NCBI GenBank assembly: GCA_047621665.1
Contig: JBLHMB010000015.1
Span: 2,322 to 66,321, forward strand
Source: Bradyrhizobium sp.
Lineage (GTDB): Bacteria > Pseudomonadota > Gammaproteobacteria > Burkholderiales > Burkholderiaceae_D
Reading direction: 5' to 3'
DNA length: 64,000 nucleotides
Shown: positions 59,630-64,000 of the stretch, piece after piece
Layout: every line of letters begins with the position of its first letter
Position numbering within the stretch: position 1 is the stretch's first letter
The notes under the pieces: model-generated
Told to the model about the DNA's origin: nothing
The model's database searches: none
The model's input: the letters and a program-made list of their open reading frames with translations, nothing else
Position numbers and translations under genes: made by a program

Positions 59630-60472
59630 TCAACGATTGCAGTATGCGCAATGCCTTGGATCCGCCACGGTCATGTCTGTCCTTTTTTGTACTGACTTGT
59701 GCCGGCATTTCAGGCATGACCATGTCTCGCTGCGATAGCTGGAAGTTGGCAGGCAACAGGCAGAACACGGAAGTCCGGGCTGTCGTCCGGTAACCCAATA
59801 GCCGGGGGCACTGCACAGCGGGCAAAGGGATTCGATACGGTGCAGCAAGTCGACCGTGGCTTGCCGGATATGCTCCATGCGAGCCGGATTGGCAAAGGCG
59901 CGCAGGTCGGTTTCGATAAATACCTGCTGATTGTCCGCCTGCGCAACACAGGACTCGAAACACGACTTGAGCCGGGCCCAATCCGCAATGCCTTTCTCGA
60001 TGTGTGGATCATCCTGGTTCCGGGGTCTAAGCACCAGTTGGTGTCGTGGAAAGTCTTGATTATTGGCAAAAGATTCAACCGTCTGCCAATCACGGGCTTC
60101 GACATGCGCATTGTGCCCGGCGCCTTCTGCCATGCCGACCGCTTCAATTCCCAGGCAGTCATCGATCAGGATCACCAGCTCAATGTTCCAGGGGAACATG
60201 CCGGTATAAGGATCGGGAACGAAGCTGCCTTCACTGGCTATCCCTAGCGAGAGCCCCGATAAACTCATTCCCATGCGTGCCTTGCGTCGCGCGGCGTCGA
60301 GCTGCGTGCCGGGCCGCAGGATGTCCCGTGTGAAGGTTCCCAGCTGGTCGGTATCGAATCCGGTGACATGGTTTATCGTGCAACCCAGAACTGGTTCCAG
60401 TGCGGGAGCGATGACTTGTTCCTTGCCATGTTGTGTCAGCAGCGCGATTTTTTTTCCTGAATAAACGGACAT
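59630..60472 (-). CDS. DUF6671-like protein with Cys-rich C-terminus
   Basis: 'LLTQHGKE...DTDQLGTFT...ASEGSF', 'TDLRAFANPARM'; CxxC pairs CPLC, CSAC, CLKC and CAYC. TGATG overlap with dabA. Confidence 0.7.
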   Translation of the reverse strand: MSVYSGKKIALLTQHGKEQVIAPALEPVLGCTINHVTGFDTDQLGTFTRDILRPGTQLDAARRKARMGMSLSGLSLGIASEGSFVPDPYTGMFPWNIELVILIDDCLGIEAVGMAEGAGHNAHVEARDWQTVESFANNQDFPRHQLVLRPRNQDDPHIEKGIADWARLKSCFESCVAQADNQQVFIETDLRAFANPARMEHIRQATVDLLHRIESLCPLCSAPGYWVTGRQPGLPCSACCLPTSSYRSETWSCLKCRHKSVQKRTDMTVADPRHCAYCNR

Positions 60473-63054
60473 CAGACTGTCCCCTGATCAAGCACTTGCC
60501 AGGACCCGGTTTCGTACCGCAGTAATTGCGCCTGATCGAAGCGCCAGAGGTGTAGCCAACCATTGTCCAGCAGTTGCCTGACCACCGCGTGTTTGCTGAT
60601 GACTGCTTCAATGGCATTTTGTGGCGCGTCGATGACGACAGTGAGGCGTACCGGTTCATGCACCCAGCGTGCACCGTCGTGCAGTGACTGGCGCGACAAG
60701 CCGATACGCAGGTCGCCACCGTTACCTTCGAATACGCCAATGTTTCCGCCAACGACGTTGTGCAGCACCTTGTTGCCGCTACCGAGACGCACGGGATCGC
60801 AAGTCGATGCGTGGTATTGCCAGTTGATCCAGTGGGTAACCAGCATCGGTGCGGTCATCAGCAGTTCCAGCACGCTGCCATCGACATCCTCGCTGGCATC
60901 ATAATCATGCAGAAAACTGCGTCCCGCCAGGTCGACACCACGCGTGCGTTGGCGCGGGGCGATCAGGAAGGCCGCATTGCCCAGCAGACCCCACTCGGGA
61001 CGGGTTTGTGCACCATCATTGGCGCGACGGCGTAACTGGTTCAGCAGGGCATCGTGCGGCAGGTCCGGCTTCAGGCCCAGTTTCGGCGCGCGCTCGCGCC
61101 GGACCTGATCGCCAGCTTGCACGAGGACTTTCTGCAACAGCTCCCAGCGGGAGCGTGCTGCCAGCGGCAGGAGGTCCAGATCAAACCCATCGATATCGTC
61201 GGTGGTGGTGTTGTGTAACGCTGCGACGAACCAGGTGTGGGCGGGGATGGTAATCCCTTGCTCGCGCAGGCCGGCGCGCACCGGTACGTCGTTGAGCAAC
61301 TGCGCGAGAGTGCGGGCATTGACTTCGCCGGTTTGTCCGCAGCATGCACCGCAGTCGAGCATCGCGGCGTGGGCGTTGTTGACGGATTGACTGCCATGTC
61401 CGACCAGCAGCACCAGCGGTGCAAGCTGTTTGTCCAGACCCATCGCGTGCAGGACCCGTGCTGCCAGCGCTACTTTGGCAGCGGGATCCTGGCCGCTAAG
61501 TTGTGGCCGGCAGAGTTGGCGATAGCGCGCCGGCAGTCCGTCCAGATCGTCGCGTACTCTGGTGCGCCCGGAGGAGCGCAGCCATTGGCCGAGTTTGCCG
61601 AGGTAAGCGAATCCGGCAGCTTCGACAAATGAAAACGCGGCGCTCGGCCAGCGGCTGGCAGCATGCCACTGATCTTTCAGGGCAAAGCGTGTCAGGCGCG
61701 CGCTGCCGGCAGCGGCCAGCAGACGGGCATCCGGGGCAAGGTCCGTTGCACCGGCTGATACGATGCGATCGGTTACTTCCATCACCGGCGCGAGCAGGCC
61801 GGGAAGTTGTGGTCGCCGGGCCTGTGTTGCCAGTGGCGTATAGGCGACCGGCAGACCGAAGAAGCCGGCAAATCCGATGGTCTGGATCGTTGGTGATGCG
61901 GTTTCAAGAGCGCGACGCAGCGGCTCGCTACGCACATCGATACAAAAAGCCGCCTGCACGTCGATGTCCGGCGTCACTCCGGTCAAATCTGCGCAGCGCA
62001 GCAGTTGTTGTGCCAGCGGTCGCTGAAATCCAATTTCCAGCGCGACTTGCCAGACCTCGTCAATCAACAGCGCCGCTTCGGCTTGTTGCAATAGTGCCGG
62101 GGCTTGCTGCCATTCTGTCTGTAAAGCAGCAAAGGCCTGGTTTGCCGCGGCGTCATCCTTTCCTTCGAGCAAAGCCGCGCTCCACGCCAGCCGGATGGCG
62201 AGCAATTCCCTGTCGTGCGGCTCCTCGCGTCCCTCCAGCCGCGCCTCCCAACTCTTATAGGCACACCAGGAAGCCCAGCCGTTCACGGTGAGCATGACTG
62301 CCTCAAGGTAATCCGGCCAGACCTCCGGTGGCAGTCCAAGGCGTTGCAATACCCAGAATTCGGCATCCTGCCGGGTGGCGGGCAGGGCGGCGAGCGCGTC
62401 GCCCAGGTCCGGCAAGCCCATCAGCGTGCCGATGCCATGGTCGTGTCGCAGCGTGTAGCGCCAGAACGCGTACAAACCGTGCGTGCGCTCCGGCTGCCAA
62501 TCGGCCTGATGCCGGTCAAAGAAGGCGGCGCAGGTCTGACTGATCTGGTGGGTGATGGCTTGCCGCCAAGATAGCCGTGTGTGGCGCTTCGGATCATTGT
62601 CGAGAACATCGATGAGCACAGGCAGGTGCTTTACCTGTGGTGGCGTACGCAATGCGTCCAGACATTGCGCCGGCGTCAGTCCGGCCAACTTGGCAGCCGG
62701 CAGCTGTATCAGGGCAAGTTCGAGATCAGTCTGACTGATGCGGCCTTCATTCCAGGCCTGCTGCTGGCTCTCCCGCGATGGAAAAACCTGGATGCCACCC
62801 AGCAGTGCCATTCTGGCCGCCACCTGGCGTAACGGCATGCCAACGCGGGCCCAGTGCGGGTTCACCGCAATGGCCCGATCCAGCGGCCAGGCCGGCGCAA
62901 TCGCCTGGCATGCCTTGTCGCAGGCGGCGTCAATCTGTGTGCGTAATGCCGCTTGGCCGGCCGTTGCATTGCCGGCCTGAGCCGCGACGTCAGTCGGGCG
63001 TTGCGCATTCGTCGTCAAGGTTTCCATCCGGGTGTTCTCCTTGTGGTGGTTCAT
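60472..63054 (-). CDS. dabA: DAB inorganic carbon pump subunit A (DUF2309, beta-carbonic-anhydrase-like)
   Basis: Putative Zn ligands in 'FCIDVRSE', 'LVGHGS' and 'DCGAC'; 'RPEWGL', 'RSFLHDY', 'HEPVRL'. Start is either 63054 (ATGA overlap) or 63027 (AAGGAG RBS). Confidence 0.9.
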   Translation of the reverse strand: MNHHKENTRMETLTTNAQRPTDVAAQAGNATAGQAALRTQIDAACDKACQAIAPAWPLDRAIAVNPHWARVGMPLRQVAARMALLGGIQVFPSRESQQQAWNEGRISQTDLELALIQLPAAKLAGLTPAQCLDALRTPPQVKHLPVLIDVLDNDPKRHTRLSWRQAITHQISQTCAAFFDRHQADWQPERTHGLYAFWRYTLRHDHGIGTLMGLPDLGDALAALPATRQDAEFWVLQRLGLPPEVWPDYLEAVMLTVNGWASWCAYKSWEARLEGREEPHDRELLAIRLAWSAALLEGKDDAAANQAFAALQTEWQQAPALLQQAEAALLIDEVWQVALEIGFQRPLAQQLLRCADLTGVTPDIDVQAAFCIDVRSEPLRRALETASPTIQTIGFAGFFGLPVAYTPLATQARRPQLPGLLAPVMEVTDRIVSAGATDLAPDARLLAAAGSARLTRFALKDQWHAASRWPSAAFSFVEAAGFAYLGKLGQWLRSSGRTRVRDDLDGLPARYRQLCRPQLSGQDPAAKVALAARVLHAMGLDKQLAPLVLLVGHGSQSVNNAHAAMLDCGACCGQTGEVNARTLAQLLNDVPVRAGLREQGITIPAHTWFVAALHNTTTDDIDGFDLDLLPLAARSRWELLQKVLVQAGDQVRRERAPKLGLKPDLPHDALLNQLRRRANDGAQTRPEWGLLGNAAFLIAPRQRTRGVDLAGRSFLHDYDASEDVDGSVLELLMTAPMLVTHWINWQYHASTCDPVRLGSGNKVLHNVVGGNIGVFEGNGGDLRIGLSRQSLHDGARWVHEPVRLTVVIDAPQNAIEAVISKHAVVRQLLDNGWLHLWRFDQAQLLRYETGSWQVLDQGTV

Positions 63055-63998
63055 CGCGGCACATCCTCTGCTGCTGCTGCTGCTGCTGCCGGACATGCGC
63101 TGGCGCTGGCGGATTTTAAGGCGCGCGGGATCCAGCGGGCCGGCCAGAATTGCAAGGCCATCCGGGTGAAGGACTCGTCGAGATAAAATCCGGCATAGCT
63201 CCAGCGCCGCCATCCGCGCAGCGCCTGAGGTCGCAGCTGCAAGATCACCAGCAGGACGTAGAGCACGGCCATGCCGGTCAGCGCAATCATGCCGAGCGTG
63301 TGATCGGGGGTGTCAACGAGGCCGAAGGGCAAAGCATGGGCCAGTAATGCGGCACAGGTAAGGCCCGCGACCATCAGTAGTCCCGCGCCGCCGTGCAAGC
63401 AGATCGCCCGCGCGCTGCCAGGCTGGCCGGGTAACCACAACAAAGGTGCCCAGGCCAGACCCAGGACCGCGCTCCACCACCAGGGCCACGCCGTCATACT
63501 CACCACTGACTGGATCAGCAGCACAGTCGGCACAGCCACTACCGGAGCGAGCAAAAGACTGACCGGTATCGGTTCCACCGTGCCATGCAGTGCGTGCAAG
63601 CGGGTCTGTCTTACAACCGTCGAGGCCGACAGGAAGGCCTGTGCCTTATACAGCGAGTGGCCGAGCAGATGCAGTGCCGCGAGGGTGTACAGACCAAGGC
63701 CGCATTCGAGCACCAGGAAGCCCATTTGCGCGGTGGTAGACCAGGCCAGACGCACTTTAATACTGATGCGGGTCAACATCACCAGGCCGGCAAGTACTGC
63801 GGTTCCCAGCCCGAACGCCACTAGAATCGTGCGCGCCGGCATCGCGTGATCCAGCAGGGGCGCGAAGCGAATCAGTACAAAACCACCCAGATTGACGACG
63901 CCGGCATGCAGCAGGGCAGAAACCGGGGTGGGCGCTTCCATCACCTGGGTCAGCCATCCATGTACCGGCAACAGCGCCGTACGCAGGATGGCAGCCAG
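63051..63998 (-). CDS. dabB: DAB subunit B (NuoL/ND5-like proton-conducting membrane subunit), 5'-truncated by window edge
   Basis: 'PTPVSALLHAGVVN', 'STTAQMGF', 'HLLGHSLYKA'; directly upstream of dabA. Confidence 0.88.
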   Translation of the reverse strand: MAAILRTALLPVHGWLTQVMEAPTPVSALLHAGVVNLGGFVLIRFAPLLDHAMPARTILVAFGLGTAVLAGLVMLTRISIKVRLAWSTTAQMGFLVLECGLGLYTLAALHLLGHSLYKAQAFLSASTVVRQTRLHALHGTVEPIPVSLLLAPVVAVPTVLLIQSVVSMTAWPWWWSAVLGLAWAPLLWLPGQPGSARAICLHGGAGLLMVAGLTCAALLAHALPFGLVDTPDHTLGMIALTGMAVLYVLLVILQLRPQALRGWRRWSYAGFYLDESFTRMALQFWPARWIPRALKSASASACPAAAAAAAEDVPR

Positions 63999-64000
63999 AA

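Overview
This 64 kb window is GC-rich betaproteobacterial chromosome. Gene content and order suggest Burkholderiales, probably Oxalobacteraceae (inference). No rRNA, tRNA, CRISPR array, transposase or integrase was recognised. Most of it is core or semi-core: the end of an MSHA-type type IV pilus cluster (mshI-like, mshJ, mshK, mshL), a fatty-acid oxidation multifunctional enzyme, PBP1A, rarD, a YgiQ radical SAM enzyme, lexA, rpsF-priB-rpsR-rplI, dnaB, DUF47-PiT, PhoH, bcp, an L-Ara4N (arn) lipid A modification operon with split ArnA, alaA-hom, ybaL, bioAFD, two c-di-GMP enzymes, cytochrome b561 with two YceI genes, and a DAB inorganic carbon pump cut by the window end. The most notable items are: (1) a tightly coupled three-gene SMC complex of Wadjet/MksBEF type (jetABC-like) with no jetD nuclease and no room for one on either side; (2) two PEP-CTERM genes, each in a copy of a duplicated module (3' end of the neighbouring M20 hydrolase gene + terminator + sorting signal) but with dissimilar passenger regions; (3) a composite repeat locus of GTAG-type REP hairpins, a ~200 bp nested hairpin and an (AACAGC)25 tract; (4) an orphan PotD-like binding protein coupled to a membrane diguanylate cyclase, reminiscent of NspS-MbaA; (5) a Cys-rich DUF6671-like gene coupled to dabBA; (6) a hidden 82-aa ORF coupled to an HPP-CBS gene. 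Family assignments come from motif recognition by eye; no database searches were run.
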